A stretch of 64,000 bases of DNA from Heptranchias perlo (GCF_035084215.1 NC_090340.1:5828001-5892000); one strand, 5' to 3'; positions 1 through 13,374 are shown, numbered from the stretch's first letter. Translations and numbers: made by a program. The notes: a model not told the origin generated them from the letters alone.

Positions 1-330
1 ATAAAGGCACCTGTATGTTGTATGACAGTTTATAACCGATCTGTACCAAGAAGCCTTGAAAAGACATTATCAGTGCGACATTCCTACCTGATGGTTTACA
101 CACTGGGAGAAAATAAGAAAGTAAACAAATTTAAAGTGAGGTTTTGTATAACCATTGGAAATCTATTATGGATATGTTGAGACATTTGTTGTTTAGTTCA
201 ATTAAATATTGAAGAATTATTGACGCAGTTAACGTTGTTGTGTTGATTGGTCATGTCACCAGGAGCTGTTTTCCTTGATAAAGCTTAACGCACGAAGGTC
301 ACTATTTTTTGTATAAGTCAAAGCTTTCAG
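1..330. repeat. Non-transposon segment duplicated at ~39440-39762 (copy 1, upstream of the CEACAM-like pseudogene)
   Basis: Long shared runs with 39495-39762, e.g. AAGACATTATCAGTG, TTTACACACTGGGAGAAA, AAGAAAGTAAACAAATTTAAAGTGAGGTTTTGTA, GAGCTGTTTTCCTTGATA. Confidence 0.9.
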
Positions 331-573
331 CGGAAGGAGAAGGGTTGGATGGTAGGTTAAAATGTGAATAAGAATAGGTTTTGAATACTAAACATATTTC
401 AGAAGTTTTTAAGTTATAGGATCAAAGTGGGATAGGTGTACTGCAATCTTTCATTCAATAGCATATATTTTAAAATAGACAAAGCGACATATAACAGAAA
501 AAAGGAATGTATAACACAGCATACTGTAATTTTCCTCAACATTGATAGATGTGTAATAGGCTGTTATTGAATT

Positions 574-655
574 ATAGAATCATAGACTCATACAGCACAA
601 AAGGAGGCCGTTCAGCCCATTGTGCCGGCTCTTTGAAAGAACTATCGAATTAATA
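574..655 (-). mobile_element. CR1 LINE 3' tip
   Basis: ATAGAATCATAGA tail followed by ACAGCACA..GGAGGCC.TTCAGCCCAT, the reverse complement of the CR1 3' end seen elsewhere in the window. Confidence 0.75.
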
Positions 656-1642
656 CATGTACTTCAAACAATAAATCTTCTTGCATTCAATAAATGGACC
701 ACCAAACGGCACAAGAAATACAGAATGAGTATCATAACATATTAAATAACTTTCGTTACCTACAAAACCGTACTTCTCATTACCAAGGTTTTTATACACT
801 TGTGTCAAAGTTTTCCTATTTTAAATTCATATGTCCGCATTTATAATGGAAACTGCCCATGTAAGCTTGTCACTCTGTAACTGCACCTTCCTACTAATGG
901 TATTGCTACATTTCCAGAGTTTTGCTTTCCCCAGCTCCTCAGCCTATAGTTCAAGGGGTATATAATGCTGCCACCAACTTTACTTCTTTCTCAAATTGTG
1001 ATCAGTTTTGTTATTTAGCTATAAATAATTTCAATTCAAAGTTGCATAAAAATGAGCACTGAAAGTTGGCGAAAAATGAGGATTGAATTCAGTCTGAAGT
1101 ATTGGTCCAATTTAACCTCACGTTTTAACGCCACTTCAAACGAAGACCACATTTGGGCTTGACTCCCTATATGTGGTACTACGGGGAATGTTCTACTACT
1201 ATTGGAAAAACTTTACAAATTAAGTCAAATTTGGAAAAAGTGTACGAAGAAATTAAGGCAGCTTTTGAAAACTATAGCCAAATCTGCAGGGGCACTGTTG
1301 TAATTGTCCCAACAGATCATTATTTTAATCATTAATTACCATTCCTGCTGAATTTCTGATTGTGAAAGAGAACGTTTTGACCTTTTGGGTTCAGTAAGCA
1401 TACAGATTTACACTTCTACAATACCAAGGATAAATTGTTGTGAGTTTATTTACTTCAAGAAGTATACATGAATTAATTGCACTTTTTAGAGACAGGACTC
1501 GTAGTAAAATAATGTTCACTGATGGGTAGTGATGTCGATCTGGAGTATGCTCAATAAGACAGTTTGTGTTGCATATACACCTGTTCACTGACAAAAGCAT
1601 CTAAAATAAAATAACCCTTCAGGCTGCGCACACTATAGAGTT

Positions 1643-1703
1643 ATGATTCCCAGATGACACTGCCCATCACTATTCTGCTTAACACTGCTGGTTGTGATAC
1701 CAG
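1643..1703 (+). pseudogene. Leader exon of CEACAM-like pseudogene (in-frame TGA at codon 5)
   Basis: ATG ATT CCC AGA TGA CAC... reads MIPR*HCPSLFCLTLLVVIP, then a phase-1 donor CCAG|GTGACG; 61 nt, hydrophobic signal-peptide character. Confidence 0.6.
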
Positions 1704-3016
1704 GTGACGTAATCTATAAGAGCTAAAAGTAAATAGTGTCAGAATAGTTTTGCGTTACTTCAGTGGCAGTTTGGGAATAAATTGAAAGGATCAAAATGTA
1801 GTTTGATATTTCCCATGCAATTAACAATCATAAATAATTAAGTTTTAGATCCACAAAATGTGAAATTCAGATTTGTTTGGGAAAAGAAAATCACGATTGA
1901 GCAAAATAAAGTATAACTCTATAGAAATTGTATTTCAAAACAAAAAAATATTGATCTTACACTGGTGCAGTATCCGCACAATGCGTTTTTACAGTTCATT
2001 CATTTTAGGACACAATTGACAGTTAATCAAATTCCAGTCCATTAAAGGAAGCTGCCCATCCCTGAACTCCAAAAAATTCTCAACAAAAGTCGCTGTATAG
2101 AAACAGAAGCATGATTCTTTGGCGATTTTGCCACTTCCAACTCCAGTGCCACCATTCCTACCCTGGCTCAGCTCAGCTGGTTCGGTAAACACCAAAATCC
2201 TGAAATTGCTGGAGACACGCTGCACTGCCAGAAGTGTGTGGTGGTGATGGGGGTGGGAGGGGGATGGGGGTGGCGACGGTGCTGTCGGATATTCCAGCCG
2301 CCACCGTGACCTGGCACTGACTCCATCCCAAACCGGTGTGGTGTCCTTCTGCTCTATCAGCAGCTGTGGCCAAAGTAACACATTTTCCAAAATTATATTT
2401 GAAATGCTCCATTGTCACTTTTGTAATGCCAATTGATTGCTCTGCAGTCGATTACTACCGACAAACTGGATTTGGGACTCCACCGCTACATTGGAGCAGT
2501 ATTTAGACCTGCTTCATCCAGGTGTACTTTAAATTGGCGTCAGTAAATGCAGAACAGGCAGGATTTCTGGCAGAGGTTATCATCTCACCAGTCCTGTCTA
2601 AAAACGATGACAGGATAGTATTTCAAATCGATGGAGACGTGTCGGAAACAGGTTCCGCCCCAAACGACACTCTGATACCAGTTCCCACCCCAGGAATTTC
2701 TACGCCTGGAATCCAATTAGGGGCTTCTTTATTTTGTACGTCCCAGTAGCTCGTCGTGTATTTACATATCAAGGTCGGAAGGAGGTGGGCTAACTTTTCT
2801 TACAAAACGTAAGTAAACTGAAAGGCAGAAAACACAAATATGTGGAAGTTTTGACAGTAAATGTTGGTTCTTCAACTTACTTTAGCTTATATACCACTTG
2901 CATTAATGGTGTGTACAAAACACATGGGTGTGTAGTTTCCGTGGTGATGCTATCCTCTACGACAGATTTTCATGTTAGCATAGTTTTATTACGATACATT
3001 TGTGCGTTTAATTTAG

Positions 3017-3273
3017 ATAGGCCGGATCTCCCGAATATATCCATTAACTCTGAAATGCCGGTTTACATTTCTAGAAGAACCTTTACTTCTTCATGTTCCG
3101 CAGGTTCAAACCCACCTTCTGAATTTGAATGGAATATCAACAGAACTTCTCTTCAACCAAAAGGACAACAACTTAACATTCACAGCATTAGTTTGAATGG
3201 CATTCGAAAATATACATGTCAGACCTTTAACAATTGAAAGAAAGTAGCTCAACCAAGCAAATAGTTGTAATAA
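3017..3273 (+). pseudogene. CEACAM-like Ig C2-set exon, frameshifted near its 3' end
   Basis: Acceptor TTTAATTTAG|AT. Reads xRPDLPNISINSEMPVYISRRTFTSSCSAGSNPPSEFEWNINRTSLQPKGQQLNIHSISLNGIRKYTCQTFNN* (compare CEACAM YGPDxP, CxAxSNPP, YTC). Continues in a shifted frame as KESSSTKQIVVI to a phase-1 donor A|GTAGGT at 3274. Confidence 0.75.
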
Positions 3274-4077
3274 GTAGGTCATACATTTCTCAATTCTACG
3301 TGCTTAGTTTGATGTCCAATAGTGTCATGGTGATTCTGTCTAGAAGTTAATTCCACAAGCAGACTGAAGTTGAATAGAGCAAAGGCAATGCAGTTCATTT
3401 CACATGGTAGTTTTGTTGACGAAATTTGTAGATAGCATTGTGTAAATTGCAGTATGTAATATTTCCAAATAATCTTCATATGATACCCAATGATGTTATA
3501 AGCATCCAAATACGATGTAGTGTTAACCCTTGATATGTCTTCCCTCTTTCACATATGCTTTTCCAAATGAAGACTTCCACATTGAATACACCGACCAAAG
3601 AATAAACTGTGCACCTCACAGTTTTCATACGCTTTCATTTTAATCACACTGTAACGTTGTATCCAAAACATTATTTTTTAGTGTAGATTGGTTTACTTGA
3701 CAGGATCTGTACCTTCAAGTTAAGGGTAGCTTCCTCAAACACAATATAGGTGTGCATTTAATTTCAACGTTTGCATTGTTACAAAGTATTTGCTGCTTTA
3801 CAATAGTGTTAACTTTGCAGAATAATCTTGACATTAATCCCAAATTTTGCTGTGGAATTCCTAACGTGGAAAAGTGTTGTGTGAGTTAGGAGGAGAACAG
3901 TGAAAGAACGCAACAGGGCATGATTGGGTTACACTACTATCTATCCATCCACTTACAAACATACCTACCTATATTGTACAAAGAATTTTAAAATGCTACA
4001 TCTAAAAGTGTAAAACAAGCAAAGTGTGTATCACAGTTGCACTTGATTCACTCACATATACATCTTAATATCTTTGC

Positions 4078-7000
4078 AGGTACAGCTCAGGAGGAGGCAA
4101 TTCGACCCTGTGCCGGCTTTTTCAAAGAGCTATCCAATTAGTCCCATCTCTCTGGTCTTTCCCCAAAGCCCAGTAAATGATTTCGCTTCAAGTATTTATC
4201 CAATTCCCCTTTGAAAGTTAACATTGTATCTACTTCCACTACCCTTTCAGACAATGCATTCCAGATCATTACACCTCGCTGCCTAAAAAAATCCTCATGT
4301 CACCTCTGGCTCGTTTGCCGATCACCTTACATCTGTGTCCTTAGGTTACCAACACATCCGCCACTTGAAACAGTTTCTCTTTATTTATTCGATCAAAACT
4401 CTTAATGATCTTGAACACCTCTATCTGATCTCCCCTTGAACTTCTCTGTTCTAAGGAGAACAACCCCAGATTTTCCAAATTCTCCACATAATGAAGTCCC
4501 TCACCTCCGGCACCATTCTGGTAAATGTCTTATGTACCCGCTCTATGGCCTTGACATGCTTCCTAAAGTGTGCTGTCTAGAACTGAACACAATACTGACC
4601 AGTGTTTTATAAAAGTTTCGCATAAAGTCCTAGCTTTTGTACCCTACTCCTCTATCTATCAAGCTAACGACACAGTATGCCTTTTTTCGACAGCCACCTC
4701 AACTTGTCCTGCCACTTTCAAAGACTTGTGTAAGTGCGCCTCCAGGTCTCTCTGTTGCTGTACCCTCTTTAACATTGCACCGCTTAGTTTATATTGCAAC
4801 TCCTCATTCTTCCTAATAAAATGCATCATTTCACACTTCTTTATGTTAAATTTCATCTGCCATGTGTCTGCCCATTTCACCAGTCTGTCTATGTCCTCCT
4901 GAAGTCTGTTACAATCCGCCACATTGTTTACTACATTTCCGAGTTAATTGTCATCTGTAAACGTTGAAATTATACTACCTATACTCAAGTCCAGGTCGTT
5001 AATATATATCAAAAAGATCAGTGGTCCCAATACTGGACCCTGGGGAACACTTCTGTATACTTCCCTCCAGTCTGAAAAACAACTGTTCATTAGTACTTTC
5101 TGCTTTCTGTCCCCCAACCCATTTTGTATCTATGCTGCCACGGCCCATTTAATCGTTTGGATTTTAATTTTACTAACAAGTCTATTATCTGGTACTTTAT
5201 CAAATGCCCCTTGAAAGTCCATATATACAACATTAACTCCATTTCCTTCATCAACCCATTCAATTACTTTATTACGGAACTGAATCAAGTTAGTCAAGCA
5301 CGATTTTCCTTTAACAAATCCGTGCTGACTTTCATTTACTCGCCCATACTTTTCCAAGTGCAAATTAACTTTGTCCCGGATTATGGTCTCCAAAATTTCC
5401 CCACCACCGACTTTGGGCTGACTGGCCTGTAATTGTCGGGTTTACCCTTTTCCCTCTTTTGAACAGGGGTTTAACATTTGCAATCCTCCAGTCCTCTGGC
5501 ACCGTCCCCATATCTAAGGAGGATTAGAAGATTGTGGTCAGAGCCTGCGCAATTTCCACCCTTACATCGCTCAAAACCGAGGATGCAACCCATCTGGATG
5601 GGGTGATTTTTCTACTTAGAGTGCTGCTAATCTTTTAAGTGCCTCCTCTTTATCTATTTCTATCCTCTCCAGTGTCGATACTAACCCCTCCTTCATTGCT
5701 ACAATCGAAGCTTGTTTTTCTCTAGTGAAGATGGAGGTAAACTATTTGTTTAGTACCGCAGACATGCTCTCTGCCTCAAGATCTCTTTTTTTCCCCCAAT
5801 TGTTCCGACCCTTATTTTGACTACCCTTTTACTATTTATATGTTTATAAAAGAAACGTTTGGGTTCCTTTCTATGTTAGCCGCTAATCTATTGTCATGCT
5901 CTCTCCTTGCTCCTCTTATTCCCTTTATTAGATCTCCTCTGAACTTTCAGTGTTCAGCTTAGTTTTCTACTGTACTATGAATCTTACATTCGACATAAAC
6001 ATTATTTTTCTGTTTCATTTTAATTTCTATATCTTTAGTTATCCAGGGAGCTCCAGCTTTGAATGCCCTTTCTTCCCCCAACCTCCCCCACCACCACCCC
6101 CACCCCCACCACCACCACCTTTCGTAGGGTTGTGTCCATTCTGTACCTAAACCAACTCTTCCTTGAAGGACTCCTGTTGCTCAATTACTGTTTGGCCCAA
6201 CAATTTTTGATTCCAATTCTCCTGGGCAAGATCCCTTTTTAGCTCACTGAAATTTGACCTCCACCAGCTAAGCATTTTACGATTTGATTGTTCCTTGCCC
6301 TTTTCCATAATTATTCTAAACCTAATGATATTATGATCACTTTTCCCCAAATGTTCCCCCACTGAAACATGCTCCACCTGCCCCACTTCATTCCCCAGAA
6401 CTAGATCCAGCACTACTTCCTTCCTGGTTCAGCCGGCAACACATTGTTCCAGAAAGTGCTCTTGAACAAATTTCAGTAGTTCCGCTCGCTGTTTGCAATT
6501 TACACTGTTACTGTCCCATTCTATGTTGGGATAATTGAAGTTCACCATTATCACTACTCTATAGTTGGTGCATCTTTTTGTATTTTTCCTACAAATTTGC
6601 TCCTCTATCTGTTTCCTAATATTGGGTGAATTATATTATACACCCAGTAGTGTAATAGCGCCTCGATTGTTCCTTAATTCTAAACAAATAAATTATGTCT
6701 TTGTCCCCTCAACTACATCATCCCTTTACATTGCTCGGATAAATTATTTGATCAATACTGCCACTCCCCCTCCTATCTTTCCTGAATATCTTGTGGCCAC
6801 GAATATTAAATACACAATCCTCTGCTTCTTTGAGCCAGGTCTCTTTTACTGCCCCTATATCATAGTCCCATGTGGTGACTTCAGCCTGCAGCTCACCACA
6901 TTATTTACCATGCTACATGCATTTACGCACGTACACTCCAATCTCATCTTAGACTGCCTCGCATTTGCCTCTTAGTTCTGAACTATTCCTTACCCTCGTG

Positions 7001-7420
7001 CTACCTGTCCCTCCCAGTCCTATGTGCAACTTGTTTCTCCTCTCTAATGTTTCATCCTGGTACCCACCATCCTACCAAATTAGTTTAAACTCTCCCCACA
7101 GTACTAGCTAACCTCCCCTCGAGGACACTGATCCCAGCTCTGTTTAGGTGCAACCCGTCCATCTTAGATAGATCCCTTCTGCTCCAGAACTGGTCCCAAT
7201 GAATCAGAAGGCCTACCTCCTGCGCCATTGCTACAGCCAGTCTTATCCAACTATTCCTATATTCTCTAGCGCGTGAGACTAGGGGCATTACTACACTTGA
7301 GGTCCTGCTTTTTAACTTCCGCCGTTGCTCCAGAAACTTTGACTGCAGGACCATAATCATTTTCCTTCCTATATCATTGGTTGCCATGAGGACCACGACT
7401 TCTGGCTGTTCCCCATCCAT
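4078..7420 (-). mobile_element. Near full-length decayed CR1 LINE (ORF1 esterase remnant, ORF2 endonuclease/RT)
   Basis: Minus-strand ORFs contain QHGFVKGKSCLTNL, DFQGAFDKV, WADTWQMKFN and LDLVLGNE...SDHN; 7085-7420 GEQPEVVV..TNDIG...DGLHLN is the SGNH-esterase of CR1 ORF1. Confidence 0.95.
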
Positions 7421-7739
7421 GAATTCTATGATTCAATGGTAATAAAAATCGGGAGAGTTATAAAACGGGTTGCCGATTCTCTATCACCCGTTTTGCACTC
7501 TCGCACACATTCAAAATCTACTCCGCTGTCTCCAAAACCCTTTGATGCTTCTTAAATTGTATTAACCTGACAAGTCTTGCTTAATTGGCATTCCCCTACG
7601 AAAAGCTAACAACCTAATCTAAACGATGAGTTAGCCACTATCAGACAGAATACATTATGTTAATACAAAGTTATGAATACTGACTGCTGTGCTGAGTCGT
7701 AGCTTCGGTGTTAAATGGTTTCGCTTCACAGACACGAGC

Positions 7740-7985
7740 ACAAGAAGTGAAATGCAGCTGAATTCACATCAGCGCAGAACCTTACACTGGGTGGGAGCTG
7801 AATAAGTCTCCCTGGATGAGGCAGACTCCATTATGACTCATTTGCGGTCTCGGCACCCGATGCAAACTCCAGCTCAGGAGTCGTGGTTTCGTACGAATCC
7901 ACTGATGGAGTATGATTGGTTAGAGAGCAAGGGGAGTCAATCCTTTCCAGCATTTGCAAGCTGTGAAACTCTTCACTTCCCTTAG
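7740..7985. promoter_or_regulatory. Candidate immune-type enhancer (dense transcription-factor motif cluster)
   Basis: AAGAAGTGAAA (IRF/ETS-like) ~7742, E-box CAGCTG 7755, AP-1 TGACTCA 7834, RUNX TGCGGT 7843, GTGGTTT ~7883, ETS CACTTCC ~7974; non-repetitive sequence between two LINEs. Confidence 0.3.
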
Positions 7986-8354
7986 TATCCCCTTTCTCAC
8001 AAAATCTGCAGAATTTTAAAACAAAGTTTGAGCATACTTCATCACTACTGCTTGATTATACTCATCTTTCCTGTTTATCGTTTAAAACTTGGTGATGCCC
8101 TGAAGTTATGGCAGATTTACCCAAGTACTTCAATTGATAAGGGTGTATCAGCCCGTTTTGTGGTAAAATAAAGCAATTGTAGCTTGTCATGGATGTTAAA
8201 CTGACGGTGTAAATCCGGAGTCAGGCTGTGAACAAACTCGGGAACGAAGTGTAGTGAAAGTTCCTGGAGTTAGAGTCTCTTGCCCCTAGTGGCAATCGGG
8301 ACAATTCGTTTCTTCCACTGCTGTTTGTCCAGAGGACGATATTTGACTCCAATC

Positions 8355-9678
8355 GTAGTATCATAGAATCAGAAAAGGTTACAGCACGGAAGAACAATCC
8401 AGCTAGTCCCACTCCCCCGCCCTTTCCCCGTAGCCATGCATTTCTTTTCCTTTCAACTACTTATCCGGTTCCCTTTTGAAAGCCACGATTGAATCTGCGT
8501 CCACCCACCACCACCACCCCGAACCCTCCCTCCCCCTCCAACTGGCAGTGCAATCCAGATCCCAACTACTCGCTGCATAAAATAGATTTCATCATGTCAC
8601 CTTTGGTTCTTTTGCCAATCACCTTAAATCTATGTCCTTTGGTTCTTGACCTTTCCGCCAATGGGAACAGTTTATCTCCATCTATTATGTCGAGACTCTT
8701 CATGACTTAAAATACCTCTATCAAATCTCTTCTCAACCTGCTCTGTTCCAAGGAGAACAATCCGAGCTTCTCCAGTCTATCCGCGTAACTAAAGTCCCTC
8801 ATCCATGGAATCATTCTAGTAAATCTGTAAATGCAAACTCTCTAAGGTTGTCACATCTTTCCTAAAGTATGGTTCCCAGAACTGGACACAATACTCCAGT
8901 TGTGATCGAACCGGTGTTTTATAAAGATTCATCATGATTTCCTTGCATTTGTACTCTATGTTTCTATTCATAAAGCCCAGCATCCCGTATGCTTTTTTGA
9001 CCGCTTTCTCAACCTGCCCTACCACTCTCAACGATTTGTGCATATAAAACACCGGATCTCTCTGTTCCTGTATCCCTTTTATAATTGAGCCCCCTAGATT
9101 ATATTGTGTCTCCTCGCTCTTCTCACCGAAATGCATCACTTCGCATTTTTCAGTGTTAAATTTCATCTGCTGCGTGTCTGCCCATGCCACCAGCCTGTCT
9201 ATATCCTCTTGAATTCTATCACTATTCTCCTCGCTGTTTCCTACACTTCCAAGTTTTGTGTCACCTGCAAATTTTGAAATTGTGCCCTGTTCACCCAAGT
9301 CCAAGTCATTAATATGTATCAAGAAAATCAATGGTCCCAGCAGCGACCCCTGGGGAACACCACTGGACACCTCCCTCCAGTCCGAAAAACAACCGTTCAC
9401 CACTACTCCGTTTCCTCTCACTTAGCTAATTCTGTATCCGTGTTGCTATTGCTCCTTTTATTCCATGGGCTGCAATTTTGATGATAAACCCACCATGGGG
9501 CACTTTATCAAACGCCTTTTTAAAGTCCATACACACCACATCAAGTGCATTACCATTATCTACCCTCTCTGTTACCTCATCAAAAAACTCTATCAGGTTA
9601 GTTAAACCGATTTGCCTTTAACAAATCTGTGCTGGCTTTCCCTAATCAATCCACACTTGTCCAAGTGACTGTTAATTC
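8355..9678 (-). mobile_element. CR1 LINE, 5'-truncated
   Basis: ORF 8816-9421 has GVPQGSLLGPLIFLIHINDL...SKFAGDTKL...LEYCVQFW; ATCATAGAATC tail at the left end. Confidence 0.95.
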
Positions 9679-9689
9679 AGGAAAACATG

Positions 9690-9900
9690 GACTCCAAGCC
9701 AAGGGGAATATTAGGAGAAGTGACTAAAAGCTTGATCAAAGAATTGGGTTTTAAGTAAGGTCTTCTAAGAGGAGAGGGATGTGGACAGATGGAGAAATTT
9801 TGGGAGGAAACTCGAGAGTGTGGATCCTGGGTGCCTGGAGGCAAGGCTGCCGATGGTGCGGTGAAGACAAGGCGTGCACAACAAGTCGGACTCGCAGTGA
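9690..9900 (-). mobile_element. L2-type LINE 3' fragment
   Basis: AAAAGCTTGATCAAAG..GGTTTTAAG..GGTCTT is the reverse complement of the L2-like 3' end at ~47290-47545. Confidence 0.55.
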
Positions 9901-10039
9901 CAACGAGTTCAATCTGTCAATTTACGATTAATTGCTCGTTTGGCCATTGTGGTAGTTCACGACTTTGTGCGTTAGTGGAAAACGGGTGCTAACGAGTCGG
10001 CCCCCCTCTTAAACCTCTTCCGATTTGTATTTCCATTGA

Positions 10040-11995
10040 CTTCAAAACATGGTTTTAAATTTAAGTAAGGTAAATTTAGCAGAGATGAGAAATGAATTGA
10101 CGACAGTGAATTGGACTGATTGTTAATGGTTAAATCTACAGACAAACAGAGGGAACTATTCAAGGCAGTCGGTGGCATCATTAAAAACCAGTACACACCC
10201 CGAAAATGCAAAGGTTCCAATGTGCAGTTAAACAACCATGGTTAACGAACGAGTTAAGAAACAGTATTCAGTTAACAGGAAAGGCATACACAAATGTAAG
10301 GGAAAATTGAAATTCAGCCGCCTGGGAAAGGTATGAAAAGCAAAAAAAAATATATAATAAATTTAGTTATTGGTGCAAAAATGGAAAATGAAAAAATAGG
10401 AATATCAAAGCTAACAGCAAAAGTTTTGATCAATATATTAATGGAAGACGAGTGGTAGAAAGTGGGTCCATCAAAGACAAATGCAACCAAGACTATAATG
10501 GATAATAAGTAAAAGGCAGACTTGTTAAATTAATATATTGCCTCGATTTTCACTGTGGAGGAAGAAGATAAAATATCAGCGGTAAAAGGGAACCTACAAG
10601 TATGAAATGAAAATAAGTAAAAATTGTTAGTGGAGAAACTATTGGGACTTAATAGACAAATCTCCAGCACCTGATGATTTCCACTCCATGAAATTACATG
10701 AAGTAGGTGAGGAAATTGCCGACGTGGTGGTTACTATTTCCCAAAGCTCTACAGATTCAGGTGTTGCGCCTTTAGATTGTAAGGTTGCAAATGTTGCTCT
10801 ATTATTCTAGGTCACTGTGAGCACCAGAATTGTATATGGCCGCTGCAACCACTTTCTACATAAATGCAAGGTGAATCATAGTTCGATGTGTGACTGTGGA
10901 GATGCTATCTAAACCCTAGAACGTCTTTAATCCATTGCTCGCTAAATTCCTTCCCCGGGGAAATAGCTTCTTTTCATTCGGTATCACCAGAAGCCATAGA
11001 GTGGATTATCAACTTGGATGTCGACATTTAATATTGCTTTTCAAGGTGCCATACGAATTAAGAAGATTTAAGAAGGGAGAAAGAGAGAAACAAGTTAAAT
11101 ACAGAGTCAGTTTAACATCGGTTGTGGGGATGATACTGAAATTGATCGTCAGGGACAGGATGGCTGAGCACTGAGAAGAGTATGATCTGATTAAAGTGAG
11201 TCAGCGTGGATTAGTGAAGGTTAATTCAAGCTGGCTAATGCAGTTGAAAGTTTTGATGAGGTCACTGGCATGCTGGATAGGGAAGAATCTATTGATGTTG
11301 TATATATGGTTTTCCAGAAGGCTTTTGATAAGGTTCCACACAAGAAATTATTCGCAAAAATCGAAGTGCACGGATTTGGATATAACCTTGTCAGCTGGGT
11401 TGGTAATGGGTTGGGAGGTAGTCGCGATGAAGGGAACATTCGCTGATAGACAGCATGTGACACGTGGAGTTCCCCGGGGATATGTACTGGGCCTCAGCTT
11501 TTCACCATATATATTAGTAACTTGGATAAATGAACACAGAGTTGCATATCCAAGTTAACAGATGATACTAAATTCGGAGGCACAGTAAGTTGTGTAGGTG
11601 GGAGCAGGAATATACAAAGCGACATTGGCAGATTAAGTGAATGGGCAAAACTATGGCAGATGGAGTTGAGGGTGGCGAAGTGTGAGTTCATCCACTTTCA
11701 ATTCAAGAAAGACAAATCGGAATATTTTCTTAATAGTGAAACTAGGAACTTTGGTGGGGCAAAGGGATGTGGGTGTCCATATACACAAATCACTAAAAGC
11801 TAATGTACGAGAAAAAAGTAATCAAAAAGGCGAATGGAATTTATCACAGCTGGCATGAGGAAGTAATGGTTCAGTTATACCGAGCCTTGGTCACAACCTA
11901 TGTGGAAAACTGCCTTCAGTTTTGGACAACGAACCTCAGGAATGTTATATTGGCCTTGGGAAGGGGGAGGGCAGCGCAGATTCACCAGAATGAAA
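10040..11995 (+). mobile_element. Old CR1 LINE fragment interrupted by another LINE piece
   Basis: RT motifs in broken frames (RVSLTSVVGMILKLIVRD, GVPRG.VLG, DDTKFGG). Confidence 0.9.
10810..11066 (+). mobile_element. 3' end of a Vingi/Ingi-like LINE nested in CR1
   Basis: Reads RIVYGRCNHFLHKCK...MCDCGDAI*TLE, resembling a C-terminal zinc knuckle; it splits the CR1 motif CTCTATT/TTTAAGAAGGGAG. Confidence 0.55.
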
Positions 11996-13374
11996 CATAT
12001 CCTTTATGTGGATAATACAAAATGTGGCTACGTTTAGCTAACAATTAGCTGACACTGAATTATCATTGTTTTCGATTTTACTTCGAACGTTTCCTTCACA
12101 GATTTCATTATCCCCTACCATACTTACCGTCCAAATGATCATTATGGAACGACATTGGCAGGGTAGCGTCATTATATTGCTGATTTCTGGGCACCTTCGT
12201 GTACTGTAACTTATTTCCCTGGGATGCACCAACAGACAGAGGGATGGGATTTTGATCCCGTTATTTGGGGATGGGTTTGGACTAATATCCGAGTAACGAA
12301 AGAGTGGGGCATTTAACCACCGTGAAACTAGAACTTCCACACAATGTAATGCAGTTTCATGATGTTTCCTAGAAAATAAGGTTCAATGCACAAAAGAGTT
12401 ACAATAAAAATGCTTCCAGTTGATCGCAAACTGACACAGGTGTTTTCGAACGCAAAAAGCTACATCGCTTACTCTTCAAACAACGAGGGGAGAAATATTA
12501 AAATAAGTTTTACTCACTCGTTGAAAGCTCATTTGGTGAATGTACAGTGTGGTACTGAACCGTGCGGACAACGTAGGTGTGTTTTTCAAATCTATGATCT
12601 GTGCTGAATTAATTGATCGCGACTGCGCAGCGATTTGTGATTGTTCCGCAATTAGCACTACTGCCTTTATGATGCATTGGGGAAAATTCAGGTAGGGTCA
12701 CCGCCCCTGAACGGGATCCACTATGACCTGATGGGAAATACATCATCTGTGAATGTTGCATAGACCAGAATCCAGCTCTTGTCTGATATAACCAACGATT
12801 GATCAGTCTACCAAGTTTCACTGTCTAGGATCATGTATGGACAATGGTCACAAGGAGAAGGTGCCGAAGCTAACTTTGTGTCGCTGGAGTCGTGTTCATT
12901 AAAAGTTAGCATATTTAGGAAAGAAGGGAGGAGAAGGGAGGGGGAAATGAAAGGAGGGACAAAATACTTTGTCACATCGTTCAGCAACGTCTTTATAATT
13001 AAACATTCCAAAGCTCACATAGTAAAGATTTAAAGTGTCAACTCTTTACAATATAGACGTTTAAGATCCTTAGCTTACCATAAATTTCTGAAAATAGAAG
13101 TAACTGAACAGTATTCAAAAATATCAGGCTGGTTTCGGATATCAGTGTACGAAAGATTCGGATGTGTGACTGGATTTCATCCATATGTCAAGATGAATAT
13201 GATTCATGTTAATTGTCACGTTTTGGAAACCGCGATTTCTGTATTGCATACTGACCTCGTTTGTGGCCCAGTTCAAACTCACACTCTGGTTATCAGTTGC
13301 TTGTGTTTCCGCTCTTGTTGAATTGCCAATTGCCCTTTGTACTATCAATATAATGGCCACATGTTTGATTCAAG

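Noticed and set aside
1989-2749. ORFs 1989-2390 and 2522-2749 as the missing CEACAM N-domain
   Set aside because: There are no V-set motifs in either orientation, and the sequence looks like transposon debris and G-rich low complexity.
6075-6120. Poly-proline ORF 5950-6150
   Set aside because: It is a CCA/C-run expansion inside a CR1 element, read on the antisense strand.
12631-12644. Exact 14-mer CGATTTGTGATTGT shared with ~25821, as evidence of a paralogous 3' UTR
   Set aside because: Several 14-mer matches are expected by chance in a 64-kb self-comparison, and the flanks do not align convincingly.
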